In this document: positions 21,676-34,250 of the stretch, piece by piece
Numbering within the stretch: the first letter of the stretch is position 1
Layout: every line of letters begins with the position of its first letter
NCBI RefSeq assembly: GCF_017348835.2
Contig: NZ_CP071375.1
Direction: 5' to 3' (one strand)
Length of the DNA stretch: 64,000 nt
Origin: Escherichia coli
GTDB lineage: Bacteria > Pseudomonadota > Gammaproteobacteria > Enterobacterales > Enterobacteriaceae
The notes under the pieces: model-generated
The model's database searches: none
What the model was told of the DNA's origin: nothing
The model's input: only the letters and a program-made list of their open reading frames with translations
Position numbers and translations under genes: made by a program

Positions 21676-22758
21676 ATGGCTCAGCTTTCGTTACAACATA
21701 TTCAAAAAATCTACGATAACCAGGTGCATGTGGTGAAGGACTTCAACCTGGAAATTGCCGATAAAGAGTTCATCGTATTTGTCGGCCCGTCGGGCTGCGG
21801 TAAATCGACCACCCTGCGCATGATTGCCGGGCTTGAGGAGATCAGCGGCGGCGATCTGTTGATCGACGGCAAACGAATGAATGACGTTCCAGCCAAAGCA
21901 CGCAATATCGCGATGGTGTTCCAGAACTACGCGTTGTATCCGCATATGACGGTCTACGACAACATGGCGTTTGGCCTGAAGATGCAAAAAATCGCCAAAG
22001 AGGTGATTGATGAGCGGGTGAACTGGGCGGCGCAAATTCTCGGCCTGCGTGAGTACCTGAAACGCAAGCCGGGCGCGCTTTCCGGCGGGCAACGCCAGCG
22101 TGTGGCGCTCGGGCGGGCGATTGTGCGCGAAGCGGGCGTGTTTTTAATGGATGAACCGCTCTCTAACCTTGATGCCAAGCTGCGCGTACAAATGCGCGCA
22201 GAGATCAGCAAGCTGCATCAGAAACTGAACACCACCATGATCTACGTGACCCACGATCAGACCGAAGCGATGACCATGGCGACGCGGATTGTGATTATGA
22301 AAGACGGGATTGTTCAGCAAGTGGGTGCGCCGAAAACCGTTTATAACCAACCCGCGAATATGTTTGTTGCCGGATTTATTGGATCACCAGCGATGAATTT
22401 TATTCGCGGCACGATCGATGGCGATAAATTCGTTACGGAAACGCTTAAATTAACCATTCCCGAAGAGAAATTAGCGGTTCTGAAAACACAGGAAAGTTTG
22501 CATAAGCCCATCGTGATGGGAATACGCCCGGAAGATATTCATCCGGACGCGCAAGAGGAAAATAACATTTCCGCCAAAATTAGCGTGGCAGAATTAACCG
22601 GTGCGGAATTTATGCTCTACACCACGGTTGGGGGGCACGAGTTAGTGGTCCGTGCTGGTGCGTTAAATGATTATCATGCAGGAGAAAATATCACCATTCA
22701 TTTTGATATGACGAAATGTCATTTCTTTGATGCAGAAACGGAAATAGCAATTCGCTAA
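21676..22758 (+). CDS. ycjV: ABC transporter ATP-binding protein (MalK-like), intact
   Basis: 360 aa with Walker A (GPSGCGKST), signature LSGGQRQR and Walker B (FLMDEP). Confidence 0.85.
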   Translation: MAQLSLQHIQKIYDNQVHVVKDFNLEIADKEFIVFVGPSGCGKSTTLRMIAGLEEISGGDLLIDGKRMNDVPAKARNIAMVFQNYALYPHMTVYDNMAFGLKMQKIAKEVIDERVNWAAQILGLREYLKRKPGALSGGQRQRVALGRAIVREAGVFLMDEPLSNLDAKLRVQMRAEISKLHQKLNTTMIYVTHDQTEAMTMATRIVIMKDGIVQQVGAPKTVYNQPANMFVAGFIGSPAMNFIRGTIDGDKFVTETLKLTIPEEKLAVLKTQESLHKPIVMGIRPEDIHPDAQEENNISAKISVAELTGAEFMLYTTVGGHELVVRAGALNDYHAGENITIHFDMTKCHFFDAETEIAIR

Positions 22759-22802
22759 ATACAGGGGGAAGGCATTCCCCCAGGATAATACAAGGAACAA
22801 TA

Positions 22803-23708
22803 ATGAAAAAGTTATTACCCTGTACCGCACTGGTGATGTGTGCGGGAATGGCCTGCGCACAGGCCGAGGAAAAGAACGACTGGCACTTTAATATCGGCGC
22901 GATGTACGAAATAGAAAACGTCGAGGGTTATGGCGAAGATATGGATGGGCTGGCGGAGCCTTCTGTCTATTTTAATGCCGCCAACGGGCCGTGGAGAATT
23001 TCTCTGGCCTATTATCAGGAAGGGCCGGTAGATTATAGCGCGGGTAAACGTGGAACGTGGTTTGATCGCCCGGAGCTGGAGGTGCATTATCAGTTCCTCG
23101 AAAGCGATGATTTCAGTTTCGGCCTGACCGGCGGTTTCCGTAATTATGGTTATCACTACGTTGATGAACCGGGTAAAGACACGGCGAATATGCAGCGCTG
23201 GAAAATCGCGCCAGACTGGGATGTGAAACTGACTGACGATTTACGTTTCAACGGTTGGTTGTCGATGTATAAATTTGCCAACGATTTGAACACGACCGGT
23301 TACGCTGATACCCGTGTCGAAACGGAAACAGGTCTGCAATATACCTTCAACGAAACGGTTGCTTTGCGAGTGAACTATTATCTCGAGCGCGGCTTCAATA
23401 TGGACGACAGCCGCAATAACGGTGAGTTTTCCACGCAAGAAATTCGCGCCTATTTGCCGCTGACGCTCGGCAACCACTCAGTGACGCCATATACGCGCAT
23501 TGGGTTGGATCGCTGGAGTAACTGGGACTGGCAGGATGATATAGAACGTGAAGGCCATGATTTTAACCGTGTGGGTTTATTTTACGGTTATGATTTCCAG
23601 AATGGTCTTTCCGTTTCGCTGGAATACGCGTTTGAGTGGCAGGATCACGACGAAGGCGACAGCGATAAATTCCATTATGCAGGTGTCGGCGTAAATTACT
23701 CGTTCTGA
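22803..23708 (+). CDS. ompG: outer membrane porin G
   Basis: 301 aa with signal peptide; beta-barrel sequence recognised. Confidence 0.95.
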   Translation: MKKLLPCTALVMCAGMACAQAEEKNDWHFNIGAMYEIENVEGYGEDMDGLAEPSVYFNAANGPWRISLAYYQEGPVDYSAGKRGTWFDRPELEVHYQFLESDDFSFGLTGGFRNYGYHYVDEPGKDTANMQRWKIAPDWDVKLTDDLRFNGWLSMYKFANDLNTTGYADTRVETETGLQYTFNETVALRVNYYLERGFNMDDSRNNGEFSTQEIRAYLPLTLGNHSVTPYTRIGLDRWSNWDWQDDIEREGHDFNRVGLFYGYDFQNGLSVSLEYAFEWQDHDEGDSDKFHYAGVGVNYSF

Positions 23709-23721
23709 TAATGGGCTAAAT

Positions 23722-23800
23722 TGCCGGATGCGGCGCGAGTACTTTATCCGATCTATAAATGTAGGCCGGATAAGATGCGCTAGCATCGCATCCGGCATTC
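23722..23800. repeat. REP elements
   Basis: GCCGGATGCGGCG and TGTAGGCCGGATAAGATGCGCTAGCATCGCATCCGGCA units between ompG and ycjW. Confidence 0.6.
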
Positions 23801-23818
23801 AGGCAAGGTAGCTGGTAT

Positions 23819-24817
23819 TTATTTCAGCGTCATATGCGTGGCAACGGTAATATTCTGTGGTGACGGTTTTCCAGAAATTAAGCGGAATAATAACTCGCAG
23901 CTTTGTTGACCTAACTCCTGCGTCGGAACATCGATGCCGCCCGGTGCAGGCGTTAAAATAAATGACAGCGTTTCATTGCTATAACCCACCACCGCTAACT
24001 GCTGCGGAATAGCAATATTTTTCTCTGCTGCCGCACGATAAATGCTCATTAATTTCAGGCTGTCAGTGGCAAACACCGCCTCAGGCAACGGTGACTGGCT
24101 TAATAATTCTCTCGCGGCTTGCAGTGCTGTTTCATGGGTATAACCGCCGTCAACAATCCATTCATCACGCACTGCAATATTATGCGCGGACAGACTTTGC
24201 TTATAACCATTTACCCGATCCACTGAAACATGGACATCAAGCGGTGCATGAAGGCAGGCAATGTTTTTATGTCCATTCTCAATTAATGCATCGGTTAGCG
24301 CAATGCTGTCACCAAAATTATCGGTATCGACAGAATAAACATGGGCATATTGACCTTCAACTTTGCCAATCACCACGACAGGAATATCGTATTTATCAAG
24401 TTGGGCAAAAAATGACTCATCCGCTGGCGAACTTAGCATAATAATGCCTTTAATCATTTTCTGCTTAATTGTGCTTTCACATTTTTGTAAGTCTTCTGCC
24501 AGGTTGTGCGACGTTTGTAATATCACGTCGAAACCTTCTTCTTCCGCTTTGGCGGTGATGGCATGTAGAACTTCTGAGAAAAACGGATTACCCGCCGTAG
24601 TTTTGGTCGAACGGGTAGAAATCACCATAATGGCATCAAAACCCGAAGAGGTCAGCGCGCGGGCCAGCTTGTTTGGCTGATACTGTAATTCTTCAATGGC
24701 CCGTAACACTTTTTCGCGCGCTTCCGGGGAGATATTGGTTTGCTTATTCAGCACGCGTGATACGGTGGATTTTGATACGCCTGCAACCCTGGCAATATCA
24801 TAAATAGTAGGGGACAT
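23819..24817 (-). CDS. ycjW: LacI-family transcriptional regulator
   Basis: 332 aa with N-terminal HTH ([19 protein letters not shown]). Confidence 0.9.
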   Translation of the reverse strand: MSPTIYDIARVAGVSKSTVSRVLNKQTNISPEAREKVLRAIEELQYQPNKLARALTSSGFDAIMVISTRSTKTTAGNPFFSEVLHAITAKAEEEGFDVILQTSHNLAEDLQKCESTIKQKMIKGIIMLSSPADESFFAQLDKYDIPVVVIGKVEGQYAHVYSVDTDNFGDSIALTDALIENGHKNIACLHAPLDVHVSVDRVNGYKQSLSAHNIAVRDEWIVDGGYTHETALQAARELLSQSPLPEAVFATDSLKLMSIYRAAAEKNIAIPQQLAVVGYSNETLSFILTPAPGGIDVPTQELGQQSCELLFRLISGKPSPQNITVATHMTLK

Positions 24818-24971
24818 AGGTCAGGAACTCCGTCCGAACGTGAATGCTGCACATCTTATGGAGTTCGCCCGTCGATGACAACACGGGCAGTTGATAATCA
24901 ATGGTCTGGCCCCCACATTCATATCCTTACGAACGATTTTTTTCTGGTCTTCAGAGCAGCACAGGACAGCA

Positions 24972-26369
24972 ATGAAGCGACTTAAAAATGAACTCAATGC
25001 GCTGGTGAATCGGGGTGTCGACAGACATCTGCGCCTCGCTGTAACCGGACTTAGCCGCAGCGGCAAAACAGCGTTTATCACCGCGATGGTTAATCAGTTG
25101 CTTAATATTCATGCCGGAGCACGCTTGCCGCTGTTAAGTGCGGTGCGTGAAGAGCGCCTGCTGGGCGTAAAACGCATTCCCCAGCGTGACTTTGGCATTC
25201 CGCGCTTCACCTATGATGAAGGGCTGGCGCAGTTATATGGCGATCCACCCGCCTGGCCAACGCCAACGCGCGGCGTCAGTGAAATCCGCCTGGCGCTACG
25301 TTTTAAATCGAATGATTCGCTGCTACGCCACTTTAAGGATACCTCCACGCTGTATCTGGAGATTGTGGATTACCCCGGCGAATGGTTGCTCGACCTGCCG
25401 ATGCTGGCGCAGGATTACTTAAGCTGGTCGCGCCAGATGACGGGCTTACTCAATGGTCAGCGCGGCGAATGGTCGGCGAAATGGCAAATGATGTGCGAAG
25501 GGCTGGACCCGCTAGCGCCTGCCGACGAAAACCGGCTGGCAGACATTGCCGCCGCGTGGACCGATTATCTCCACCACTGTAAACAGCAGGGGCTGCACTT
25601 TATTCAGCCAGGGCGCTTTGTCTTGCCGGGAGATATGGCAGGTGCGCCCGCGCTGCAATTCTTCCCGTGGCCGGATGTCGATGCCTGGGGCGAGTCCAAA
25701 CTCGCGCAGGCCGATAAGCATACCAATGCCGGAATGCTGCGCGAGCGGTTTAATTATTACTGCGAGAAGGTGGTGAAGGGGTTCTATAAGAACCATTTTC
25801 TGCGCTTTGACCGCCAGATTGTGCTGGTGGATTGCCTGCAACCTCTCAACAGTGGGCCACAGGCATTTAATGATATGCGTCTGGCGCTGACGCAGCTGAT
25901 GCAAAGTTTTCACTACGGGCAGCGAACCCTGTTCCGGCGTTTGTTTTCGCCGGTTATCGATAAGCTATTGTTTGCTGCCACTAAAGCAGACCATGTGACC
26001 ATCGATCAGCACGCTAATATGGTTTCATTACTGCAACAACTGATTCAGGATGCCTGGCAAAATGCGGCGTTCGAAGGGATCAGCATGGACTGCCTGGGGC
26101 TGGCGTCAGTTCAGGCGACCACCAGCGGCATTATTGATGTTAACGGTGAGAAAATCCCGGCGCTGCGTGGTAATCGACTTAGCGATGGCGCACCGCTCAC
26201 TGTTTATCCTGGCGAAGTTCCCGCACGTTTGCCTGGTCAGGCGTTCTGGGATAAGCAAGGCTTCCAGTTTGAGGCATTTCGTCCGCAGGTGATGGATGTC
26301 GACAAACCGCTGCCGCATATTCGTCTTGATGCCGCGCTGGAATTTTTAATAGGAGATAAATTGCGATGA
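24972..26369 (+). CDS. ycjX: conserved P-loop NTPase YcjX
   Basis: 465 aa from [15 protein letters not shown] with Walker A GLSRSGKT. Confidence 0.9.
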   Translation: MKRLKNELNALVNRGVDRHLRLAVTGLSRSGKTAFITAMVNQLLNIHAGARLPLLSAVREERLLGVKRIPQRDFGIPRFTYDEGLAQLYGDPPAWPTPTRGVSEIRLALRFKSNDSLLRHFKDTSTLYLEIVDYPGEWLLDLPMLAQDYLSWSRQMTGLLNGQRGEWSAKWQMMCEGLDPLAPADENRLADIAAAWTDYLHHCKQQGLHFIQPGRFVLPGDMAGAPALQFFPWPDVDAWGESKLAQADKHTNAGMLRERFNYYCEKVVKGFYKNHFLRFDRQIVLVDCLQPLNSGPQAFNDMRLALTQLMQSFHYGQRTLFRRLFSPVIDKLLFAATKADHVTIDQHANMVSLLQQLIQDAWQNAAFEGISMDCLGLASVQATTSGIIDVNGEKIPALRGNRLSDGAPLTVYPGEVPARLPGQAFWDKQGFQFEAFRPQVMDVDKPLPHIRLDAALEFLIGDKLR

Positions 26370-27427
26370 CCGAACCGTTAAAACCACGTATTGATTTCGA
26401 CGGTCCGCTGGAGGTCGATCAGAATCCAAAATTCAGGGCGCAGCAGACCTTTGACGAAAATCAGGCGCAAAATTTTGCCCCGGCCACGCTCGATGAAGCG
26501 CCTGAAGAAGAGGGGCAAGTTGAAGCGGTAATGGATGCAGCGTTACGTCCGAAACGCAGCCTGTGGCGCAAAATGGTGATGGGCGGGCTGGCTCTGTTTG
26601 GCGCAAGCGTTGTCGGGCAGGGTGTACAGTGGACAATGAATGCCTGGCAAACTCAGGACTGGGTGGCGCTGGGTGGATGTGCCGCTGGGGCATTGATTAT
26701 CGGCGCTGGCGTAGGTTCTGTGGTAACAGAGTGGCGGCGCTTATGGCGCTTGCGACAGCGCGCCCATGAACGCGACGAAGCGCGCGATTTGTTGCACAGC
26801 CACGGCACGGGCAAAGGCCGCGCATTTTGCGAAAAACTGGCGCAGCAGGCGGGTATTGATCAGTCGCATCCGGCGCTACAACGCTGGTATGCCTCAATCC
26901 ATGAAACGCAAAACGACCGTGAAGTGGTCAGCCTGTATGCGCATTTGGTCCAGCCAGTTTTAGATGCCCAGGCGCGGCGCGAAATCAGCCGTTCGGCGGC
27001 GGAATCAACGTTGATGATTGCGGTCAGCCCGCTGGCGTTGGTCGATATGGCGTTTATCGCCTGGCGCAATCTGCGTTTAATTAATCGCATCGCCACGCTG
27101 TATGGCATTGAACTGGGATATTACAGCCGTTTGCACCTGTTCAAGCTGGTATTGCTGAATATCGCTTTCGCCGGAGCCAGCGAACTGGTGCGCGAAGTGG
27201 GGATGGACTGGATGTCGCAAGATCTCGCTGCTCGTTTGTCTACCCGCGCAGCTCAGGGGATTGGTGCAGGACTTCTGACGGCACGACTCGGGATTAAAGC
27301 TATGGAGCTTTGCCGCCCGCTGCCGTGGATTGACGATGACAAACCTCGCCTTGGGGATTTCCGTCGTCAGCTTATCGGTCAGGTGAAAGAAACGCTGCAA
27401 AAAGGCAAAACGCCCAGCGAAAAATAA
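26366..27427 (+). CDS. ycjF: UPF0283 inner membrane protein
   Basis: 353 aa; start overlaps ycjX stop. Confidence 0.9.
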   Translation: MTEPLKPRIDFDGPLEVDQNPKFRAQQTFDENQAQNFAPATLDEAPEEEGQVEAVMDAALRPKRSLWRKMVMGGLALFGASVVGQGVQWTMNAWQTQDWVALGGCAAGALIIGAGVGSVVTEWRRLWRLRQRAHERDEARDLLHSHGTGKGRAFCEKLAQQAGIDQSHPALQRWYASIHETQNDREVVSLYAHLVQPVLDAQARREISRSAAESTLMIAVSPLALVDMAFIAWRNLRLINRIATLYGIELGYYSRLHLFKLVLLNIAFAGASELVREVGMDWMSQDLAARLSTRAAQGIGAGLLTARLGIKAMELCRPLPWIDDDKPRLGDFRRQLIGQVKETLQKGKTPSEK

Positions 27428-27486
27428 TGCAATATCGGGTGCTGACCGGATATCTTTACGCCGAAGTGCCCGTTTTTCCGTCTTTG

Positions 27487-27504
27487 TGTCAATGATTGTT
27501 GACA
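27487..27504. promoter_or_regulatory. TyrR box (autoregulatory) in the tyrR promoter
   Basis: Perfect palindrome TGTCAA-TGATTG-TTGACA, about 70 bp upstream of the tyrR start. Confidence 0.6.
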
Positions 27505-27574
27505 GAAACCTTCCTGCTATCCAAATAGTGTCATATCATCATATTAATTGTTCTTTTTTCAGGTGAAGGTTCCC

Positions 27575-29116
27575 ATGCGTCTGGAAGTCTTTTGTGAAGA
27601 CCGACTCGGTCTGACCCGCGAATTACTCGATCTACTCGTGCTAAGAGGCATTGATTTACGCGGTATTGAGATTGATCCCATTGGGCGAATCTACCTCAAT
27701 TTTGCTGAACTGGAGTTTGAGAGCTTCAGCAGTCTGATGGCCGAAATACGCCGTATTGCTGGTGTTACCGATGTGCGTACTGTCCCGTGGATGCCTTCTG
27801 AACGTGAGCATCTGGCGTTGAGCGCGTTACTGGAGGCGTTGCCTGAACCTGTGCTCTCTGTCGATATGAAAAGCAAAGTGGATATGGCAAACCCGGCGAG
27901 CTGTCAGCTTTTTGGGCAAAAATTGGATCGCCTGCGCAACCATACCGCCGCACAATTGATTAACGGCTTTAATTTTTTACGCTGGCTGGAAAGCGAACCG
28001 CAAGATTCCCATAACGAGCATGTCGTTATTAATGGGCAGAATTTCCTGATGGAGATTACGCCTGTTTATCTTCAGGATGAAAATGATCAACACGTCCTGA
28101 CCGGTGCGGTGGTGATGTTGCGATCAACGATTCGTATGGGCCGTCAGTTGCAAAATGTCGCCGCCCAGGACGTCAGCGCCTTTAGTCAAATTGTCGCCGT
28201 CAGCCCGAAAATGAAGCATGTTGTCGAACAGGCGCAGAAACTGGCGATGCTAAGCGCGCCGCTGCTGATTACGGGTGACACAGGTACAGGTAAAGATCTC
28301 TTTGCCTACGCCTGTCACCAGGCAAGCCCCAGAGCGGGCAAACCTTACCTGGCGCTGAATTGCGCGTCTATACCAGAAGATGCGGTCGAGAGTGAACTGT
28401 TTGGTCATGCTCCGGAAGGGAAGAAAGGGTTCTTTGAGCAGGCGAACGGTGGTTCGGTGCTGTTGGATGAAATAGGGGAAATGTCACCACGGATGCAGGC
28501 GAAATTACTGCGTTTCCTTAATGATGGCACTTTCCGTCGGGTTGGCGAAGACCATGAGGTGCATGTCGATGTGCGGGTGATTTGCGCTACGCAGAAGAAT
28601 CTGGTCGAACTGGTGCAAAAAGGCATGTTCCGTGAAGATCTCTATTATCGTCTGAACGTGTTGACGCTCAATCTGCCGCCGCTACGTGACTGTCCGCAGG
28701 ACATCATGCCGTTAACTGAGCTGTTCGTCGCCCGCTTTGCCGACGAGCAGGGCGTGCCGCGTCCGAAACTGGCCGCTGACCTGAATACTGTACTTACACG
28801 TTATGCGTGGCCGGGAAATGTGCGGCAGTTAAAGAACGCTATCTATCGCGCACTGACACAACTGGACGGTTATGAGCTGCGTCCACAGGATATTTTGTTG
28901 CCGGATTATGACGCCGCAACGGTAGCCGTGGGCGAAGATGCGATGGAAGGTTCGCTGGACGAAATCACCAGCCGTTTTGAACGCTCGGTATTAACCCAGC
29001 TTTATCGCAATTATCCCAGCACGCGCAAACTGGCAAAACGTCTCGGCGTTTCACATACCGCGATTGCCAATAAGTTGCGGGAATATGGTCTGAGTCAGAA
29101 GAAGAACGAAGAGTAA
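27575..29116 (+). CDS. tyrR: sigma54-interaction-domain regulator of aromatic amino acid genes
   Basis: 513 aa from MRLEVFCEDRLG with ACT/PAS, AAA+ (GDTGTGKD) and C-terminal HTH. Confidence 0.95.
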   Translation: MRLEVFCEDRLGLTRELLDLLVLRGIDLRGIEIDPIGRIYLNFAELEFESFSSLMAEIRRIAGVTDVRTVPWMPSEREHLALSALLEALPEPVLSVDMKSKVDMANPASCQLFGQKLDRLRNHTAAQLINGFNFLRWLESEPQDSHNEHVVINGQNFLMEITPVYLQDENDQHVLTGAVVMLRSTIRMGRQLQNVAAQDVSAFSQIVAVSPKMKHVVEQAQKLAMLSAPLLITGDTGTGKDLFAYACHQASPRAGKPYLALNCASIPEDAVESELFGHAPEGKKGFFEQANGGSVLLDEIGEMSPRMQAKLLRFLNDGTFRRVGEDHEVHVDVRVICATQKNLVELVQKGMFREDLYYRLNVLTLNLPPLRDCPQDIMPLTELFVARFADEQGVPRPKLAADLNTVLTRYAWPGNVRQLKNAIYRALTQLDGYELRPQDILLPDYDAATVAVGEDAMEGSLDEITSRFERSVLTQLYRNYPSTRKLAKRLGVSHTAIANKLREYGLSQKKNEE

Positions 29117-29121
29117 GCGCG

Positions 29122-29156
29122 AATATGCCTGATGGTGCAACACCATCAGGCATATT
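29122..29156. terminator. bidirectional terminator hairpin between convergent tyrR and tpx
   Basis: 16-bp perfect inverted repeat AATATGCCTGATGGTG-CAA-CACCATCAGGCATATT. Confidence 0.6.
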
Positions 29157-29159
29157 AAC

Positions 29160-29666
29160 TTATGCTTTCAGTACAGCCAGAGCTGCTTCGTAATCCGGCT
29201 CGGTGGTGATTTCATCCACCAGCTGGCTGAAAATCACATTGTCATTTTCATCAATAACCACAACGGCACGCGCTGCCAGACCTTTCAGTGGGCCATCAGC
29301 AATTGCCACACCGTAGGCTTGCAGGAATTCAGCGTTACGGAAAGTGGAGAGGGTGATAACGTTGTTCAGACCTTCTGCGCCGCAGAAACGAGACTGGGCG
29401 AACGGCAGATCGGCAGAGATACACAGCACAACGGTGTTGTCGATCTCGGTTGCCAGTTGGTTAAACTTACGTACTGATGCGGCGCAAACACCGGTATCAA
29501 TACTCGGGAAAATGTTCAGCACTTTGCGTTTACCCGCAAACTGACCGAGGGTGACGTCAGACAGATCTTTTGCCACGAGAGTAAAAGTCTGCGCTTTGCT
29601 ACCCGCCTGCGGGATGGAATTGGCGACTGTAACCGGGTTGCCCTGGAAATGAACGGTTTGTGACAT
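29160..29666 (-). CDS. tpx: thiol peroxidase
   Basis: 168 aa, sequence recognised. Confidence 0.95.
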   Translation of the reverse strand: MSQTVHFQGNPVTVANSIPQAGSKAQTFTLVAKDLSDVTLGQFAGKRKVLNIFPSIDTGVCAASVRKFNQLATEIDNTVVLCISADLPFAQSRFCGAEGLNNVITLSTFRNAEFLQAYGVAIADGPLKGLAARAVVVIDENDNVIFSQLVDEITTEPDYEAALAVLKA

Positions 29667-29774
29667 GATTATCTTTCCTGTTTACATATAGTTAACGTCA
29701 CACCTAGTTTATGCTAACTGTCAATAACACAGCAAACGCTATTTGCGCTTAATCCGCAGACCACCGCGACAACA

Positions 29775-30724
<950 letters not shown>

Positions 30725-30750
<26 letters not shown>

Positions 30751-31453
30751 GATGCCAGCGCAGCAAGTTTGCCATCGCAAAGATATATTTTTCGCTGGCT
30801 TCGTCGGAGGAGATGGGCGGAAACTCTGCGGTGATGCAATGCAAGTTGAGATCTGCACACCAACTGCCGAAAGAGCCAGGCGTTTCATAACCGACGCTGG
30901 TTACCAGAGGCAATTCAAACGCCTGGGCCAGCCATTCGCCTAATTCGCTGTGTCTGGGATCTTCAATACAAGCCAGTGGATCGTGGAATGAGACCACCCA
31001 GGCAGGTTGAATGCGGTGTATAAGCTGGCACAGCGCCTGGGTTTCAGGTTCGGAGCCAGGTTTGTCACCTGTCAGTAATACGACATCACGTTCTTCAGCG
31101 GCGCTGTTCCAGCGATAAACCGTTTCACCTTCCTTCCAGTTCGCCGCCGGAAAGTTTCTGTTTAAATCCACACCATTAGCATTGGCCCGTAACCCCAGCT
31201 GGCAGCCGTCAGGATTCACACACAGCACCACATGATGGCGGCGCAAAGAAGGTGTCAAAGTCCGCAGAGCACAGGAGAGCGTGACGACCGAAGAGTTTTC
31301 ATCACCGTGAGTGCCAGCCAGAATCAAACCACTTTCGCGACTGGCTGCAGGGGCAGGAAACCAGATTAACGGCGCGCCCAATAATGAACGTCCGTAATGT
31401 TCTGTTCCGGGCGGAAATGCGCCGCGTTCGGCGCGTGGGCGGGTTACGGTCAT
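30725..31453 (-). CDS. mpaA: murein peptide amidase A (zinc carboxypeptidase family)
   Basis: 242 aa from MTVTRPRAERG; 3' end overlaps ycjG. Confidence 0.9.
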
Positions 31454-31743
31454 GATCGTCTCTGGTTCAGGAAGTATTACAGGCAGTGTTGTGCAAATTT
31501 TGCGGATTATCAAATCCTTTTCTTCAACGCTATGTCATCGATCTTGTATCACCTTTTTGCCGGAAGTTGTTTGTATTTTCATTGATGTGCAGATATTAGA
31601 ATTGTCGTAATGTTATATACATGGCGTATTTTATTCTTATTGGTTCTACACATGTTAATCGCATCTGATTGATCAGTTCACCTTAATAAGTTTAATAAAT
31701 CGTACTGCACATAGTACAGTACGATGGTAGCTATATAATTGAT

Positions 31744-32382
31744 TTACATGAAGAATGGCTTATCGCCATCAGTCCCGGGTTGATTGATGCCTATATTCTC
31801 ACCAATGTGTTTCTCAGGTTTATCGATGATATCTGTAATTAATGCTGCGACACTCTTACGTGATACGATCGTACCTTTGAATGGTTCATTGCGTGAGGTA
31901 AGCTCATAATCAATAATATCTTCATCCGTCAGCCAGGCAGGGCGAAGAATTGTATATTCCAGTCCAGAAGCCTCAATTGCATCCGCAGCCCTGCGGAATG
32001 GTTTTAGGGGTTCACCAATAACTGCATTATTCCATTCGCCAAATTTTCCTGGAACTTCATCATAAATGCCGAGGGAAAGAACAAAGATCAGACGTTTAAC
32101 ATCACAGGCTTTCATCGCAGCGATCACTGAATTTGCCTGAATATCTAAATCTTCCCCCGTAAGGTTGGCATACACAATATCCTGTCCCTGCATGGCCTGC
32201 TTCAGTGCTGCATGATTCAGTACATCCCCCATAATAATCTGGCTATTAGTTGGATAGGGTTTGTGTATTTTTGCTGGCTGACGAGCAAATAAAGTTTGTT
32301 TAATGGTTTGTTTATCTGCCAGTTGATTAATCACATGGCGGGCTATCTGACCGCCAGCACCAAGAATGAGTACTTTTTTCAT
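31744..32382 (-). CDS. NAD(P)H-binding protein (NmrA/atypical SDR-like), apparently intact
   Basis: 212 aa from MKKVLILGAGGQIARHV (Rossmann motif); possibly the intact counterpart of the K-12 ymjC remnant. Confidence 0.7.
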   Translation of the reverse strand: MKKVLILGAGGQIARHVINQLADKQTIKQTLFARQPAKIHKPYPTNSQIIMGDVLNHAALKQAMQGQDIVYANLTGEDLDIQANSVIAAMKACDVKRLIFVLSLGIYDEVPGKFGEWNNAVIGEPLKPFRRAADAIEASGLEYTILRPAWLTDEDIIDYELTSRNEPFKGTIVSRKSVAALITDIIDKPEKHIGENIGINQPGTDGDKPFFM

Positions 32383-32399
32383 AATATTTCTCATGAAAC

Positions 32400-33330
32400 T
32401 TATCCCAGATGGGTGTTGAAAAAAGGAATAACTTTTTCCAGCGCCTCCTGAACTGCTTCCGGTTTGTCATACAGTTCATAATGTGAGAAATCGGGTAACG
32501 AAACTAACTGACGATCCTGCGAAACCATCGCCCGGCCATAGACTTCCAGTCCATCACGATAAGCACCGAAGGCACCGACTTTTTCACCAACTACTACCAT
32601 CACCGGCTGAGTCAGTAACACTTCAGTAAATGCGAAGGCATCCCAGGCCAGCGTTTTCTGTGCATGTGAGAACAACATTTTTGTCGCACCTCCCGGTTGT
32701 TGCCCGCGTGGTGTTTTATAGTAGTCAGTTGCTTCATAAACATCGCGTTCGGTCAGTCCATGGGCTTTTGCTGCATCCAGGCTGGCGGGAAGTAATTCGT
32801 TGATCTGTAATTCTCCACCACGAGCCTCTTTGGTTCGTTGCGACGCCATTGCATTCAATGCGCCAATCGGATCGTAATTGCTGAAACCTTCCCGAAAAAG
32901 ACGCCCGATATTAACACCCGTAATACTCACTACAGCTTTAATTCGTTTTTCTGTCAGCGCGGCATTAATGGCATAGCCCCCCCCCACACACACCCAGCAC
33001 GCCAATGCGTTCAGCATCAACATATGGCAGAGTTACTGCATAATCGATAACACGGCTAATATCCTCTACGCGCTGTGTCGGATCTTCTATCCAACGAGGC
33101 TCCCCACCAGATTCTCCCTGGAAACTGGCGTCATAAGCGAGAACGACATAGCCTTTTTCAGCCAATGCCTTGCCATAGATATTGCCAGACGTCTGCTCCT
33201 TACAACTGCCAAAAGGATGGACGCTGATAATCGCCGGATACTGTTTTGACTCATCAAAATTTGGTGGAAACTGAATATTGGCAGCAATATGCCAGGCCAT
33301 ATCACTATTGCGGATTTGAATATGTTTCAT
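32400..33330 (-). pseudogene. dienelactone-hydrolase-like alpha/beta hydrolase, paralog of ycjY, disrupted by a frameshift in a C9 homopolymer
   Basis: Two overlapping ORFs (32965-33330 and 32400-33023) each cover half of the fold; frames switch in the C9 run at 32977-32985 (G9 on the coding strand) at the GVCGGGG-Y nucleophile motif; paralog ycjY reads GICAGAGY there. Confidence 0.75.
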
Positions 33331-34250
33331 TACAGAGTTTCCTCAAAGAACGGAGCTAATACTGAAATTGCTTCAGCCACATAGGCTTTGCCGTCATAAA
33401 GATCCATATGGTTTGCGCCTTCAACAATGTGATAGCGTTTATCCTGGCTTGATGCCCGATCGTACAGATCGTCACTCATCCATTTGCTCCCTGCCTGGCT
33501 GCCCGCCACAATCTGCATCGGCTGAGTCAGGTACACTTCCGCCATATGGTAAGCATCATAGGTAATAATCTGGTTAAGGCTGCGCAAAGTAGCGTAACCC
33601 GGTGCTGTTGGATACTGCGCGCGAGGGGTGTGGTAATACTCCCAGGCCTGACGCAGTTCTTCGTTCGGCGCATCGGACTCCTTCATTGGTGCCAGTGGCA
33701 TAATGGCGTATTCTCCGCTGCTAATATCGCTGGTTCTGGCGTTTGAACCCGCTTCAACGTATGGCAGGGCATCAATAGATTTCACATTGTTTTCCCAACC
33801 ATTACGGAACATCGAACCAATATTGACCGCACTAACGGTACCGATGGCCTTGATGCGGCGATCCTGAATTGCAGCATTGGCTGTATATCCTGCACCGGCA
33901 CAAATTCCCATCGCACCAATTCGGGTATTGTCGACATAAGAAAGCGTTGTCAGGTAATCAATCACGGCACTGACGTCTTCAGTACGAATGTATGGGTTTT
34001 CTAACTGACGCGGCTCGCCGCCGCTTTCACCTTGATAAGATGCGTCATAAGCAATAGTGACAAATCCCTTTTCCGCCAGTTTTTCGGCATAGGTTCCGGC
34101 CGTTTGCTCTTTAACGCCCCCACCAGGGTGAGATACCACAATTGCCGGATACTGACGGGTTTCATCAAATTTTGGAGGGAAATAGATCACTGCAGACAAA
34201 GAGATGGTTGGATTATTGCTGTTAGTGAAGCTGACTTTATTATTCATCAT
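33330..34250 (-). CDS. ycjY: alpha/beta hydrolase (dienelactone hydrolase / S9-like non-peptidase homolog)
   Basis: 306 aa from MMNNKVSFTNSNN; stop overlaps the start of the downstream paralog (TAATG). Confidence 0.8.
   Translation of the reverse strand: MMNNKVSFTNSNNPTISLSAVIYFPPKFDETRQYPAIVVSHPGGGVKEQTAGTYAEKLAEKGFVTIAYDASYQGESGGEPRQLENPYIRTEDVSAVIDYLTTLSYVDNTRIGAMGICAGAGYTANAAIQDRRIKAIGTVSAVNIGSMFRNGWENNVKSIDALPYVEAGSNARTSDISSGEYAIMPLAPMKESDAPNEELRQAWEYYHTPRAQYPTAPGYATLRSLNQIITYDAYHMAEVYLTQPMQIVAGSQAGSKWMSDDLYDRASSQDKRYHIVEGANHMDLYDGKAYVAEAISVLAPFFEETL

Noticed and set aside
22764-22781. GGGGGAA-GGCA-TTCCCCC hairpin after ycjV, considered as a terminator
   Set aside because: No T-tract follows and it overlaps the ompG ribosome-binding region; at most an attenuator or stabilising hairpin.
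31702-31722. LexA-box-like CTG...CAG element
   Set aside because: The spacing is CTG-N9-CAG rather than CTGT-N8-ACAG and the AT-rich core differs; not a credible SOS box.
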